From the NCBI GenBank assembly GCA_964016885.1, contig OZ024740.1, positions 82,336,001-82,400,000 on the forward strand: a DNA stretch of 64,000 nucleotides, written 5' to 3'. The translations under genes were made by a program, and so were the position numbers. The notes under the pieces are model-generated. The model searched no databases and was not told where the DNA came from. It worked only from the letters and a program-made list of their open reading frames with translations. Of the stretch, positions 1 to 17,089 are shown in pieces. Source of the DNA: Eledone cirrhosa (lineage: Eukaryota). Every line of letters starts with the position of its first letter. The stretch's first letter is position 1.

Positions 1-1290
1 TCAAAACTTGGAAAGATTACGTAAAAACATTAGAATCTTCTTCAATAATCTAGGCCTAGGCATCACTTTCGAACTTAATTCTAAAAAAGATAACTTCTTA
101 GATGTATCACTCAACCTAAACACAGGACTAATAGAGCCCTTCCATAAAAATAATTAAAATTTAGCATACATTAGTTATAACTCAAACCACCCTCGCTCCA
201 TAATCGACTCTGTAGCACATAGTGTATCCCTCAGAATTTCACGCTTATCTTCTAACCTAGAGAACTGTTAATGAACACTTAAGTCAGGCCACAAGGAGAG
301 GCTGAAATACATACCAGATAAATACAACAACAACCTACCTAACGACAATATCACCACCCACATCTATAGAAATAACAAATATAGGACTAAACATAGAAAT
401 AGACAAGGGGCACCAGAAATAACTGATCCGAATACTAATATAAGGACCCCTAGGAACTATAGAACATCCAGGGATAGGAAATACTTATTGTTCAATCCAA
501 TATTCAACTCCTCTATGAAAACCAAACTACCTTCTACATTCTTTAAACTAATTGACAAGCACTCCCCTAAACTTCACAAATACCATAAAATCTTTAACAG
601 AAAAACTATCAAACTGACTTACTCTACTGCAGCATAACATAGAATCACACATACATAAAATTAACTATAGAAGAATATCTAATGAAAATAACCTACAAAA
701 AAACACCATAACACCAAATACAAAACACAAACACACAACAACATCACAACCACACACACGTCAGAACGCATCACAACAAAACATCAACAAACCCAAATCT
801 CAACCCATATATAACAACATACAAAACCACAACTGAGAACCTGCAGACAGGAAGGCCTCCAAATGTAACTGCCACTTACCGGATAAGTACCCACTACAAA
901 ATAGTTGCCTGGAATCAAATATAGTGTACCTGTGTACTATAAATTCGGGCAACTTATAGTGACACTAAATAGGTTCTACGGCTCGGGAGTTAAAAAAACG
1001 ATGGTACATGCACAGACATTCTATGAAGAACCGTAGTGAACACAACAACGCTGGCCAATAAAATCTGCCAGCTTAAGGATACAAACCAAGAATACAGGAT
1101 TAGCTGGTCGAAATTATCGGGAGCAAAGGCCTACAGAAATGGAACGTCCCACTGCGGACTTTGAAATATGGAGCTGTTCCATATTTTAAAGTATGACAAA
1201 ATGCAGCTTAACAGCAAAATTGAACGATCAATTTTCTGTAGGCACAAAGAAGCTACTGAATTCGCAAAATTCAAACCAACATGATTCGAT
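1..1290 (+). mobile_element. Penelope-like retroelement remnant (RT C-terminus, linker, GIY-YIG endonuclease), decayed; 5' part outside window
   Basis: Manual translation gives NFLDVSLNLNTGLIEPFHK, SNHPRSII, FNPIFNSSMKTKLPSTFFKLIDKHSPKLHKYHKIFNRKTIKLTYST, CNCHLPDKYPLQNSCLESNIVY and IGSTARELKKRWYMH, with stops and frameshifts. Confidence 0.88.
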
Positions 1291-1622
1291 CCAATAATCC
1301 CATATTTCAAGCTGATCGACCCAGAGTCTATTATAATAACTACATACAAACTCACTATTATTAACTGTCAACAAACGAACTAATCACTAAGTCAACATCA
1401 TAAACCTCCTATCCTATATCTCTTAACCTCTAACCTAACTTCTAATTTAGTAATTTATCATTTATAAGTTAATTATCATTATATTCTTTCTTCCTACTCT
1501 AACCATCTGTGATTTAACCAATACATATATGTATATATTTAAAATTTATTTTCATATTAATAATATTCCTACACTCATCACATATGTATACTTACACACA
1601 ATATATATATATATATATATAC

Positions 1623-1661
<39 letters not shown>

Positions 1662-3898
1662 GCTTTATATAGAAGAGTCTGTAAATCCTATTACCATTTA
1701 TGTGGTTTCTCTATTTAGATTCTTTATCCACTTCTGCATGAGCACGTCTAAATATTTCGTTACATTTTGTGCAACATGTGTAACCAGTTTAATCACCTAG
1801 TAGATAAATATACCTCAAGTTATTTTCTTATTTTCACCCGGTTATCACTATCAATTACCCTTACAACATGTTTGCGCAGATCTTTAGTCGTCAATATTTT
1901 GCTACAGTTGTGTAATATATGAAGTACATTTAAAATACGTTCTTTGTTTTCATTATAACTATACTAGCAGAAAACCATCCGAAGCATGTGTAGTGTGCAT
2001 ATTGATATTATACGCAAATATATATGCATAAATATAAGAGACGTCAAACTAAATTGTAATTGAGAATATGCACAGAAATTGATGAGAGACTGTGTTACAC
2101 TCTCTTCTGCAATCAATAAAGTAATCCATGATACATTTAAAAAAGACGATATTATATATAAACTGCATTACATCAACATTTTATGAAAACTAAAAAGGAG
2201 AAGATTAGCGACGGAAATATAAACCCTATATAACTATGCAAGTATATGAACGTTTATATAAGCGATGTGATATATCGTATTGCTGAGTGTTAGCGCTAGC
2301 CGGAAGTGTTGACATTTGAAGATTTTAAAGAAGTGAATCTTAAAATTCATTATATATAAGCATGTGTGTCTTTAATCAACAGCTACGAAATTTAGTAGAA
2401 AAATTACATAATATTCATTCATGATTTATTCAAAATAATCCAACTTATTTTAATAAGGTCTTCAGAAAAAAATATCTCTGACACAGTCCCGTAGTCCTCC
2501 AATCATTATATATTACATAGTTTATGGAGACGCTCTACAGAAAGTCCTAATCCATTTTATTTAAGATATAGTCAATAATGATAATAGCGTTAGAGATAAG
2601 TGGAAGAAACAATGTCAAAAATTGTTTAATATTGAATATTTACGTATTGATTCCTCCCAGATTATATGAATAAAAATTCACGCTTTGATAACGAATTCAT
2701 ATCATGACAGAATCATATTTGGATTTGATTTTTGTACTTGTCAAAATAATGAGCACAATGCAAATCACATAATTATTTGATAATGCATATTCTTATTTAG
2801 CTTCGTAATGCTAATTTAAGAATTATGTTTTATTTGAATTACATTTGTGAGTTAAATGCTTAATGAAAAGATTTCGTATGACTTTTTGTTTTTTGTTGCA
2901 CGATTTACAACTTCCACGTGTTTACACTCACATATTTTTGAAAACATGACTATCAGCTGAAGGGCGATACAAGTTTATGTCATTAACTTTTGCCTGCGTA
3001 ATTATTAATTTCAGAAATTTATATAACTTTTATACAAATTATTAATATATAGATCGTGCTGATGTAGAGGTGAAATTCATTTTCCCTCTAGTTAGGAGCC
3101 TGCTATTTCTTTTATTTTATTCTGAATTTGCTTCTAAATATAGTGCTGCTCCTCCTTTCATACTAACTTGCTCTTTCAGCCAGTAGTTTGGGAATGGATA
3201 CATTTTTAGGTGTTGCATGTATCTAGCAGTAATGATCGTTTCCAGAAATTCATCGCGATTTTCAGTAAGCTCTATTTCTTTTTTTTTACATTTAGTACTG
3301 TACATTTTCCATAAATATATTGATGTTTCAACGTCCCGAGTATGTGCTGTATCACGAAACCTTTTTAGGAGATTCAAGTAAACATTTTTAAAATGTTATT
3401 TGTGTTACAGCAATTTCGCTGAATATACGTTTGCATGTTTCAAGAGACCCTAAAATGAAAATAATACTATGGTTATATACTTGATACATATGCATAAAAA
3501 AATGTAATTTTCAAATAATTCATGTTCTTTCTTTCCTTTGACACTCTAATTTTTTACGAAATTAAATAATTTCGTGGGTGTTGTGAGCTTAATGTATTGA
3601 ATTACACAAAATCTAGCTGTCGAGAATGTAATCGGTATTATGCAGAGCATATCCATTTCTAATAGGGTTGATATCATTTAGTATACATATTTCTATTTTG
3701 TATTTTCTGTGCATCATTTCGAGGTTTTTACTGTAGCGAAAATAAACAAAATTTTTAGTGCATAACGCTATTTTCTGTATATTTTAAATTTGGGGATTTT
3801 CTATATTTATCTGCTCCAAATTCGTGTATCTTTTTATGGCATTCTAAAACTTTCCAGTCCCTATGTTTTTGTTATCACAATTTTCTCCTCCTTCCCCA

Positions 3899-5590
3899 TC
3901 TTCTTCTTCTTCTTCTTCTTCTTCTTCTTCTTCTTCTTCTTCTTCTTCTTTCGATACGATATGTTGTCTCTGACCGCATGCCCTGTGTAAAGGATCTGCG
4001 ATATCTTAATTCAGAGAAGTAGAGGTTCTACCCGCAGTGACTATCTGATCTTCCGGCTAGGACTTTATCTAGTAACGTTACTCGAAAGACCCTTCGAAGT
4101 AATCCCAATTTGGCTGCTTATATTCGCGATTGTATACTTTCCGTCATTACCCAAGATGCATGTCCATAGGTAAGGCTTGGGACGAATACCAAATTGAAGA
4201 TAGCGAGTTTGACGTTTACGCTTATCTCCCTTCTGAGTACTGAATGCTGAAGCTGGCGCATTACTGCAGCAACGGACCCTCCTGCCACATAGACCCACAC
4301 CAAGCTTCTTTCGCCCGCAGCATTTAACAGCTGAAGTAGAAACTGCCGAACAGATAAATCTCCAGTCTGAACGTTCTCAGTTTCCCCAGGGAGTTCTCGG
4401 AATTTGGATACAATACTATCTTCATAACTGGTCTTGACTTTCTTATCCACCAATGCTTCCCACATTATCCTGTAGGTCACCCTGGACCTGTCAGTTTTGT
4501 GAGATTATTTGGGTCTTTGGGTAGTTGCAAGATGCATATTACTAGATGGTGATCAGTTGACAGCTCATCGTTTCTCTTAACACGAACATCCAACACAGAA
4601 TCAAAGAGATCAATAACGAATCAATGATAGGCCTCTATCCTTTATTCGTCTCATACTATGTATAATTATGGATATCTCTGTCCTGGAAGATGGTGTTGAT
4701 AATAAAGAGCTCACTGCTTGAATGGAAGTCTAATAAGGCCGGTCGACGCGTATTTAGATTTGCTCGCCATTCCTTCCAATCAATCCTTAGCATGCCAGAT
4801 TGTTAGTCCCATCAGTGTATTGGAGTTTCCATCCGGATATATAACTCAGTCTTAACTACATCCAAATCTGCAGTGACATCATCAAGGAAGGGCCTACATT
4901 CGGACTCCTTTTTTGGTGCATAAACTTGCATCACCCACTGAGACCTACCTTTCAGCCTAAGCTTCAAGAGGCAAATGGCCACCCTCATAATGGGATCGAG
5001 TGCTTAACACATTCTGACAGCCGGGGGCATTTGAGTATCCTCACTCCCGACTGTGGAGTCATTTCTGGCGCCACATCTGAATAGTGGAGTTCTATCCTCC
5101 ATTCAAATCTACATCATCAGAGCTACGGACCTTTGTTGAGGTAACCCCATCTATATCGAGCCGGTGGCGTCTAACCTCCTCCACTAGGTCATGCTCCTTA
5201 CCTGTATCGGTTGTGATATTCCAGCTTCCAATCTTCAAGGTTTGCTCCCTTTCAGAACCCCACGCCTCTCGGATCAGTTCGCAAGCCCCTCACCAATTTT
5301 CGCGGCATGAGTTGGAGATTACATTATATTTTTCGGATAGGCCCCTCTACCTAACGCCTGATCGCATCACGTGTTAACTCTCGCGAGGAAGATGCGGTAT
5401 GGTTTTTTTTTTTTATTTTCCTTAACATATTGCAGTTGGAGATTCGGTGTTCTTATTCACGCCAGTCACCAATCTGGTTCTTTGTCAAACCCGCGAAGAA
5501 TAGGAATTATTTCAGGTAGCCTTTACTAGGCTCGTCATATCTACGTCACTAGGATGTAAGAGTTTTCTTGGGATTTACAGGTGTTACCCA
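3899..5590 (-). mobile_element. RTE-clade LINE (Expander/Rex3-like), internally deleted, with (GAA)n tail
   Basis: Minus strand: APE start LKIGSWNITTDTGKEHDLVEEVRRHRLDI near 5240; C-terminal KLAIFNLVFVPSLTYGHASWVMTESIQSRI; RT core absent; (TTC)n at 3899-3950 at the 3' end. The 5' boundary is approximate. Confidence 0.8.
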
Positions 5591-6814
5591 TTGCCCCATC
5601 TCCTCTAGTAATTTACTGCTGTTTGTCCGGAGCTGCTTATTCCTCTAACTATTGCTCGCTTCTATCGCAACTAACCATTATTATCATTTATTTTGGCAAT
5701 GTGATTTTAACTATTTGTATTTATAATATTACTTTTTATATATATTTGTATGTATAAAATTGTTATATTATAACGAACATATTCTACATTTAGCAAGTCT
5801 CTACCAGACTATATATATGGGGTTAATTTTTATCTTCCTCTAAGTTTATAAGCGAATGTTTATATTTTGGCCACTTTGTGGATTTCATTCAAACATGGTA
5901 TCTGGTTTGAGTATATTTTCTGCAATCCATTGCAGGCGTTGCAATAATGCAACTCATTAACCCATGAAACATATGTACTAAATGCTGTAGAAATGTCTTT
6001 CGTGTTTTTCAATCAAATCTTGTTAATATATGTAACGTCTAACTGAGTGTATACATATAACTGGGGCTACTCCTGTATTAATCCGTATTACTTACGACCT
6101 ATATATAATTACCCAGTAAGCATTAAAGTACTAGTTTATTTAATAACGACTTCTTTCTTTCAATTTGTGTACAATATCTAGTTCACTACATACCTACATA
6201 TACATGGCTTAGACACATCAATAGCGATCATAAATTATGTTCCCCTCTTCAAGGCGATTTCGTGCAAATGTAAAAACCAAAATGATATCAACCCAGCAAG
6301 TAAATTTGGCATTTTGTCTCTAGCAGGTATTTTACAACGTATATACTGAAATAGGTCTCAAACGAAAGCTAACTGATATTCCTCTCCGATTATTATTGGC
6401 ATCTTGCCTGGTTTAACATTGTAAATGTGCTTTACAAATAACAACGAAACAGGTGAGACAGTGACTTTCATAGCATACTTTCTAATTGAAATGATGTTGG
6501 CTTTTTAAAGCTTTCTCTTTCTCTCTCTCTATCTCTCTCACACTTTACATTTACGATTATCCGTTGCCCCTTCGTTGCTCAGCTAGGTGAGCATTTGTTA
6601 TGTCTACTCAATCCTCATGAATTTCACATTTTTTTGTTATCTACTCAATCCCTGTGATATTATATTGATTTGTATGGAAGCAGTTTATAATGTTTATAGA
6701 CTTTCTTTCAATGATCCAGTGATATATTTCTTTTCTTTATGCCAGTATTCTATTATATTTCCTTGTATATAATATGTCTTTGATAGTAAATAATATTTCA
6801 TTATTACTTAATAT

Positions 6815-6995
6815 AAGGGCGGTGGATTGGCAGTATCGGTCGGACGCCATGCTTTCCAGCATAGTTACGTCCCTTTACGATCTGAGTTCAAATCCCGCCG
6901 AGGTTGACTTTGCCTTTCATCCTTACGGGGTCGATAAAATAAAGTGCCAGTAATGCACTGGGTAATTGCCTGCCTTGTGCCTAAAGTAGAAACAA
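6815..6995 (+). mobile_element. tRNA-derived SINE family A with 14-bp TSD
   Basis: A-box-like GGATTGGCAGTATCGG, B box GAGTTCAAATCCC, central GCCTTTCATCCTTACGGGGTCGATAAAAT, tail GTAGAAACAATTATT; TTATTACTTAATAT on both sides; 8 copies in window. Confidence 0.85.
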
Positions 6996-8531
6996 TTATT
7001 ACTTAATATCTCCCAGTTGCTTGACATTTGTAGAATCTCAGCCACGTCTTGAGATGTTAGGGCTTCCCACGATGTGTACATGTATTGAACAATATCATCT
7101 GTGATAATTATTTCTGTGCACAAACAATAAATACATAAATATACTTTAAACGTGACAGAAACTGTTTGACATAATTACTGATTAGGGGGATTCAAATTTC
7201 AGTAGTCAGTAGGGGATATGGTTATATAAGCATGTTAGGAAACAGATAGAGATAGAATGTAGTTAAGATTAAAATATTCACACTTCGAAAGACTAACGTC
7301 TCTCCGACCTATGTCGTATATAACCAAAATGTTTATATTCGGAAGAGGGAACCTACTTTAGGTGTAGTATTAGTATAGGGAAAACAATTACCAAAAAAAA
7401 ACCAATAATAATATTATTGTCTTTTCATCTGAAAAGAAATAGCTGTTTAAATAGGCAATGGAAATAAAATCTAAACAGCAAGTGTTATGATAAAACTAAC
7501 TGAAAATAAATATGTAATTTCCTTATTCTTGATCTATTTCCTTTTCTTTTCATTTCCTCAAAATGTTCTCTCCAAAGGATTAGGGTTGATGTAATGATTT
7601 CATTTCGTTTTTCGTTATTAGCTTTACATTTCTTTAGAGAAGTCACATGGTGTATAAACCTAGATAAACTAAACTGAAATATTTACTATGGGTTGAAAGT
7701 AAGGTTATTTAACGTGAGTTTTAAATATATCTCTTATGTTAATCACGACAGAGTTGCCTCCAGTAAACGATTAAAAAAGCAGTTACAGCCTTTCGTCCCT
7801 CCAACCATTTCTATTCCCCAAATTCCTTCGGAATGTTTGCATAGTCAAAGAAAATTGGCAAGCTTATCGAATAAGATGTATATTTGGTTAAGCTTTCTGA
7901 ACTAAATAGAAATTGAAAAAAATGAATATTTCTAAATCGATGCAAAATATTGCTTCAAGTAAATGTGTGAGAATGATTATTCTGAATACTGTCCAGTAGA
8001 TGCATATAATGTTACACACTATTACATATGTTATCGACAATTTCTACAATTCTTTCCACTCCTAACTTCAGTAAATTAAGCAATCTCTAAATGTATATGA
8101 TTTAGCAGTCATGATGGTGTTTCCATCAAGGGTAAGTCGTTAATTCCTATGCGGATTATAATTTTCCATAAATTATTTTCTTTCATTGCTATTTATTTGA
8201 ATATTCTGGGCGAAAACAGGTCACATAAACTTCAAGAGATAGTATATCTTATATAATTCATTAAGAAAATGGATTATTTGCGTACATTCTATATGTAATG
8301 AGTAGGTGTGTTATAGATAATTCTAACAGCTGGTGCCACAGAGAACATGTTATAATCGTATGTGAGTTGGTGTTATTGGATAAATAACACTTGGGAAAAT
8401 TATCAATACATTCGAAGTGAAAATTACACCATACTCTCTTTCTCAAATATCATACACGGACATATACACGCTCACACACAAACCCGCACGCACGTACGCA
8501 CACACACATACATAAACACACTCATAAATAT

Positions 8532-11670
<3,139 letters not shown>

Positions 11671-13863
11671 CACTGGTCTGCGATGTTTTCAAGGTCTAAC
11701 ACATAATACATGATTTTAGGCCAGTTTGTTGCACTGAATCCAAAAATCATGCTCATTTTACTCAATCAGATCAGGTTAATGAAATATTAGCACATTAAAA
11801 ATATCCTAAATTCCGATCTATTTGTAGATGAATAAAATGCAATATTGAAAATATTAGACTGATTTATTCACAGAAGGCTTACAAAATATTTTGAATAGAT
11901 AGCAAGAAGAGTATAATGAACTAAGGAAGCTACTCATGGATGAATGGTCTCTTCAGGGACTTCCGTTTGTGCTGAGCAGACTGCGCATCCCTCTTTAGGC
12001 ACCAGCAGTAGTCGGCCAGAAAGTTGACATCCCATCGGCCTTGATAGCGTTCCTCCATAACACTGATATCTTGGTGAAAGCGCTCACCATGTTCTTCACT
12101 GAAGACTCCACAATTCTCTGGAAAATAGTCCAGATGAGACCGGAGGAAGTGCATTTTCAGTGACACGCGCGCACCAAGTTGGCGGAAATTCTCCATTAAC
12201 TCATCAACCACCCTCTGATACTGGGAACTTCTGTGGTTGCCAAGGAAGTTTGCAATGACTGACTTAAGGGACAACTAGGCAGAGAGTTCAGCAGGATTCA
12301 GTGCATCATCAAAACTAGTATCCTTGATGAGTTCCCTTATTTGAGGACCATCAAATATACCTGCCTTAATTTTCTCCATGCTTTTTCGTTGAAACTTCTG
12401 ATGGAGGAAAGCAAATCCTCCACCTTCCCTGTCCAATGCCTTTACAAAGTTCTTCATGAGACTGAGTTTGATGTGGAAGGTTGGAAGCAATATCTTGCTC
12501 GGTTCAACCAGAGGGTGGGACAAAACTTTGCGTGATTCAGGTTTTAATCCTTGTCTTAATGGCCACTCTTGTCTGACATAATGCTGGTCATCAGCACGGC
12601 TATCCCATAAGCACAGAAAGCATAGATACTTTGTGTAACCACCTTGAAGTCCTAGGATGAGTTCAACAACTTTAAGATCTCCACAGATCAAACATTTATG
12701 TTTCTGGTAGTTCAGAGCAGACAACAGACGTTCCATGCTTTTGTGGGATTCTTTCATTTCAACTGAGTGCCCAACAGGGATCGATGAAAACTTGTTTCCG
12801 ATAGTCAGAAGAACTGCTTTGAGACTTCTGTTAGATGAGTCAATGAAAAGTCTCCATTCCATAGCATCATACTTCAGACCAAGTAATTCAATCAGGTCAG
12901 CAATATTGCTACAGTAGACCAGTGAAGATGCTTCATCAAACATGAAGAATTTTCTAAATTCTCTCTCGCGGTCCCGATACCAATAGAATGTTGTTCCTGG
13001 CACCAGTAGACGTTTCTCTCGAAGACGAGAACCCACTAGCTGGGCAGACTCCTTCGAAAGGTTCAGGTCTCGTGTCAGGTCATTGAGTTCGGCTTGGGTC
13101 AAAGGCACCGGTTGGTCGTCCTCTTCTGACCTGTATTCATCACACTTAGCTGTATCTTTCATGTCACTAGATTCGGAATCAGAACTAGATTCCATGGTGA
13201 CATTTGGCTCAGGAACAGGAAGATCGGAGCCATGGGGTACTGGCTTTATGGCAGAAGGAACATCAGGGTATTGAACATGGTGCTTGTTCTTGCGATTGAT
13301 GCCTTTTAGATTTGTCATGCAAAAGTAGCAGTCGGTAACGTTATCTTTCCCTTCCCTCCACACCATTGGGTCAACAAATGGCATACTCTTCCTTTTCTTG
13401 TTCCTCCAATCCCGTAAGTTCTCTACACATGTTTTGCAGCAGATATGGGGAGCGAATAGCTTATCCTGGTCCCCTAGTTTGACTCCAAAGTAAGCGTGAT
13501 ATGCCTTCTTCACAAAATCCGTGATTTTTGCTTGACGGTCTGGAAGAACGACATGTCCGCAGATGTAACAGAACCTATTAGGATGGTTTTTACACTTCCG
13601 ATCCATTTTTCTAGACCTGAAAAGAGAAATAAAAATAATTATTAAAGGTTACCCACGACCCGGTTTTGCAAAAGCAAAGCCCATAAACGCTTGGATTGCG
13701 ATATTTTAGAAAAATATGCTGGAAAAGAAATAGACTATATCTTAGAAACCAGACCTGACCCAGAAAAATAAACTGTATTTTTGAATTCAGCATGCAAAAA
13801 GGGTCCTAAATCATTTGGAAAACCCTTAACCTTTTAAAAAAAGTTTTGAAACGCAGACCAGTG
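11671..13863 (-). mobile_element. Chapaev3-type (CMC superfamily) DNA transposon, full length
   Basis: TIRs CACTGGTCTGCG (11671) and CGCAGACCAGTG (13863); 3-bp TAA TSD at 11668-11670 and 13864-13866; CAC..GTG ends with TWA TSD are typical of Chapaev3. Confidence 0.88.
11930..13606 (-). pseudogene. Chapaev3-like transposase (~558 codons) interrupted by one in-frame TAG at 12275-12277
   Basis: The 443-aa and 114-aa ORFs are contiguous and in frame; motifs CxNxPxxFCYICG, DCYFC, WRLFIDSS, ICGDLKVV, CFLCLWDSR, GIFDGPQIR, NFLGN, HFLRSHLD, GERFHQDI, ADYCW. Confidence 0.9.
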
Positions 13864-13866
13864 TAA

Positions 13867-14203
13867 TCTATATTACTAAAACAGAGAATGTATGTTTGTC
13901 TGTCTGTCTGTCCAATCACTAAAACTCGAAAACCACCTAACCGAGTTTTTTTAAACTTTACACATGTAATACTTATGGTCCCATGTGTGTTTTGAGCAAA
14001 CACAATTTCAAATTTTAAATGCCCTAGGGACCGCATTAAACGATTTTGCGATATCTGTCTATAATTCTTAGTCTTTCCCTTTTTAGATAGATACATAGAT
14101 ATAACGTCACGCCTTTATATTATCTGTCTGTATGCCTGACTGTCTACATTACGTCATTATGACGCGTCAGTGTGTGTGTGTGTGTGTATATGTATATATA
14201 GTT

Positions 14204-14238
<35 letters not shown>

Positions 14239-15055
14239 TTATGCCAGGGAACGTCTTCACGAACCAAAATATCTTCTTCCAGTTTTCCTTCGGTTGCAAC
14301 GTTTTTCGAAATATTTACATCTGCGTTCACAGATTGATTTTTTTAGTTTCAGAAGATCCCGTTAAGGTTGAAAGCAGCAATTCTTTGCTTAAACTTAAAT
14401 ATGTTATTTTAATATAGATATTCGTGTACAGATACTTTTGCATACACAAAATCAAAATATAAACAAACAAGGCTGGCGATTAGATAATCACATGCATCAC
14501 TGACAGATATTTTTGCATACACAAAAACAAAATATAAACAAACAATGCCAACGATTACATCAATTAGTCTTAGTGTACTTCATACTGCTTTTAGGTAGAA
14601 GATACCGTTAAGAGTGAAAGCCAACGATTCTTTGCTTAAACTTTAATATGTTATTGTAATATAGATATTCGTGTACAGATATTTTTGCATACACAAAAAC
14701 AAAATATAAACAAACAAGGCCGGTGATTACATAATCACATGCATCACTGAGAGATAGTTTTGCATACACAAAAACAAAATATATACAAACTAGGCCAACG
14801 ATTACATCAGTTAGTCTTAGTGTACTTCATACTGCTTTTAGGTAGAAGATCCCGTTAAGGGTTAAAGAAGCGATTCTTTGCTTAAACATTAATATGTTAT
14901 TTTAATATAGATATTCGTGTAGAGATATTTTTGCATACACAATAACAATATATAAATAAACGTATTTATTTCACGAGACTCGATAAGGATAAATACATAT
15001 CAAATATTTAAGAACCCTAGAGCAAATTCCGAGCAACGCAGGGGTTTTCTGCTAG
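13867..15055 (+). mobile_element. Non-autonomous Helitron
   Basis: 5' TC(TATATTACTAAAAC..TGTCTGTC) after A; 3' GC-rich CCGAGCAACGCAGGGG then CTAG followed by T (A^T target); no ORF. Confidence 0.82.
14350..14945. repeat. ~247-bp tandem repeat (about 2.4 units, with ~74-bp subrepeat) inside the Helitron
   Basis: GAAGAT(C/A)CCGTTAAG at ~14352, ~14598 and ~14846. Confidence 0.85.
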
Positions 15056-16023
15056 TATAATATAATTTAGATGCAGAAATTACGAATATTAGTGTTCAAA
15101 TGTATACATATTTTCATCAGGGTTCGCGCTGTTATCGGATTACTAATAAAATCAGAGCAGTGTTTAGTGACTCCATATCCTGTTCTTAATTGATAAGGAA
15201 ATCAATATCAAAGCATTGTTAAAGATATAGTTAATTTTCAGCTACGGCTATTTAACCAGTCACAATATACTTAAGCCCATACGTTAAACTCATGAAAAAG
15301 GTTAGCTTAACGTATCAGCTTTCAAAGAGATATCTTACTTTTTATTATCATTGCAGTATTCAACATTACCGAGATCACAGGATTTGGCATCCGTTCGATT
15401 GTGTATTCATAATTATTACAATTTGATATATATCGTATAGCACTCAACTTAATCTACGTCGTAATTAACTAATCACGTGCGCGCTAATAATGTGGGAATT
15501 AGTCCACCCATTGCAAGATAATACGATGAGTAATATGATAAATAAGCGCTTTGGTTATGTACGGGGTTTTGATTGTACATATTGTATAGATTATATGATG
15601 ATATCTTCTAAAATTATCTAAAATTATATAGTTGTTATCAGCGTTTTTTTTTCCAGGTTAGTTATATGTAACAGTTTATCTTACTAGGTACACACAACCA
15701 CTAGACAATCTTAGCTAAACCTTGCTTCCATAGAGCTTTATAACATTAACTCTTATATTCCTGTTTACTGAGGTGAAATAGAGTTCTAAATTCGGTGAAG
15801 AAATAATACTGTATTTGCACGAACAACCATCCTATAGTATATTAATATCAGCACACGAGTGCTGAAAATACCTGACAGGATAACTATTGAGAATAGTACC
15901 GTTAAATAATTACGCACTTCCAACCCACCATAAACTTAATGAAAAATTGTGTTTACATTTCGTGGCTTCAAGCAAGATGATGCGCACACACACACATTAT
16001 TCGTTAAATGAATACCTTTTATA

Positions 16024-16090
16024 TTGATTCTGAAGATTACTTTAATAATTTGAGAGTAATAATTTTTGGAGAACGAAACATGTAAATTAA
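16024..16090 (+). ncRNA. Type I hammerhead ribozyme motif
   Basis: TTGATT-CTGAAGA-helix II-GAAA-CATG-TA-AATTAA; palindromic helix III ACATGT, GUA site. Confidence 0.6.
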
Positions 16091-17089
16091 ATAAATAATT
16101 TATTAATTGTTGAACCTTGGTGACCTATTCCTTGTGTTTATATATGCACTATGATTATAAGTCAAGGTTTACAGGAATATAGTAATTGAATTTACTCCTG
16201 CACTACCATTCGCTACCCTGGATAATGACAAAAAAACCCACATCGGAGCTTGGAGACTCTGATTTCCTTGGCCCTAGGACTACCTCCCTATCCACTACCA
16301 TCGACACACAGTTGGCTATCTGCAGGTGTGAGCTTCATAAGCTGGAATGCCTTTTACAACGCATTTCCCCCATCATTCTCCGGAGAAACACCTGCTCTAT
16401 TTTGTTCGTCTGGCCACGGGGAGCACAGCGAGTGGGACACTATTTGGCATAATAGTGACAGATAGTAAGAGTGGGGGAAACGGATACAGTAACAAGGGAA
16501 ATTTGATTCTTTTATGTCCATATGTCAACCCCCATTTTCAGAGTGTATTCCACAGCCAAAACGTATGTTAACACAACTTCAAATATATATATATATGTAT
16601 ACAAATTCATATGTGTTTGTGTGATTCTGGGGTGTATTCAAGATAAATCTATATACTACTAAAACTCTGCGATTGCTTGCTTGCTTGTCTGTAATGTAAT
16701 ACATTCAAATCGGCGCATAATGGGAAAATACAACTGGGAATAAAAATGGAATAAACAACTTTTGCGTAAATCGGAGCACAGATTCCCGTGATATGGGGTT
16801 TTCTGGGTACCTTGATTAATAGAGAGTGAGAAGAATAGAGAGAAAGAGATAGTGGTTGCGAGAGAGTAGATTGACAGAGAAACATAGAGAGGGAAAGTGA
16901 TGGAGATAAAGAAGGAAAATGGATGAGAGAGTGAGAAAGAGATGGTAGTGTTGTTGAATGAAATTACGAACGGTGACTTCAAAGAAACGAGTACAGCATT
17001 ACTTTATCCTACTAAATGGAAGGGTTTCGAAGTGTGTGTGTATATATGTGTATATATATATATATATAATGTGTATACATATATATATG

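Noticed and set aside
1960-1990. ACTAGCAGAAAACC resembling a minus-strand Helitron 3' end
   Set aside because: No convincing 5' end or body similarity found
3117-3377. 86-aa minus-strand ORF
   Set aside because: No recognisable motif or splice support
15085-15125. CTGATGA-hairpin-GAAC on minus strand
   Set aside because: GAAA broken and no helix I pairing
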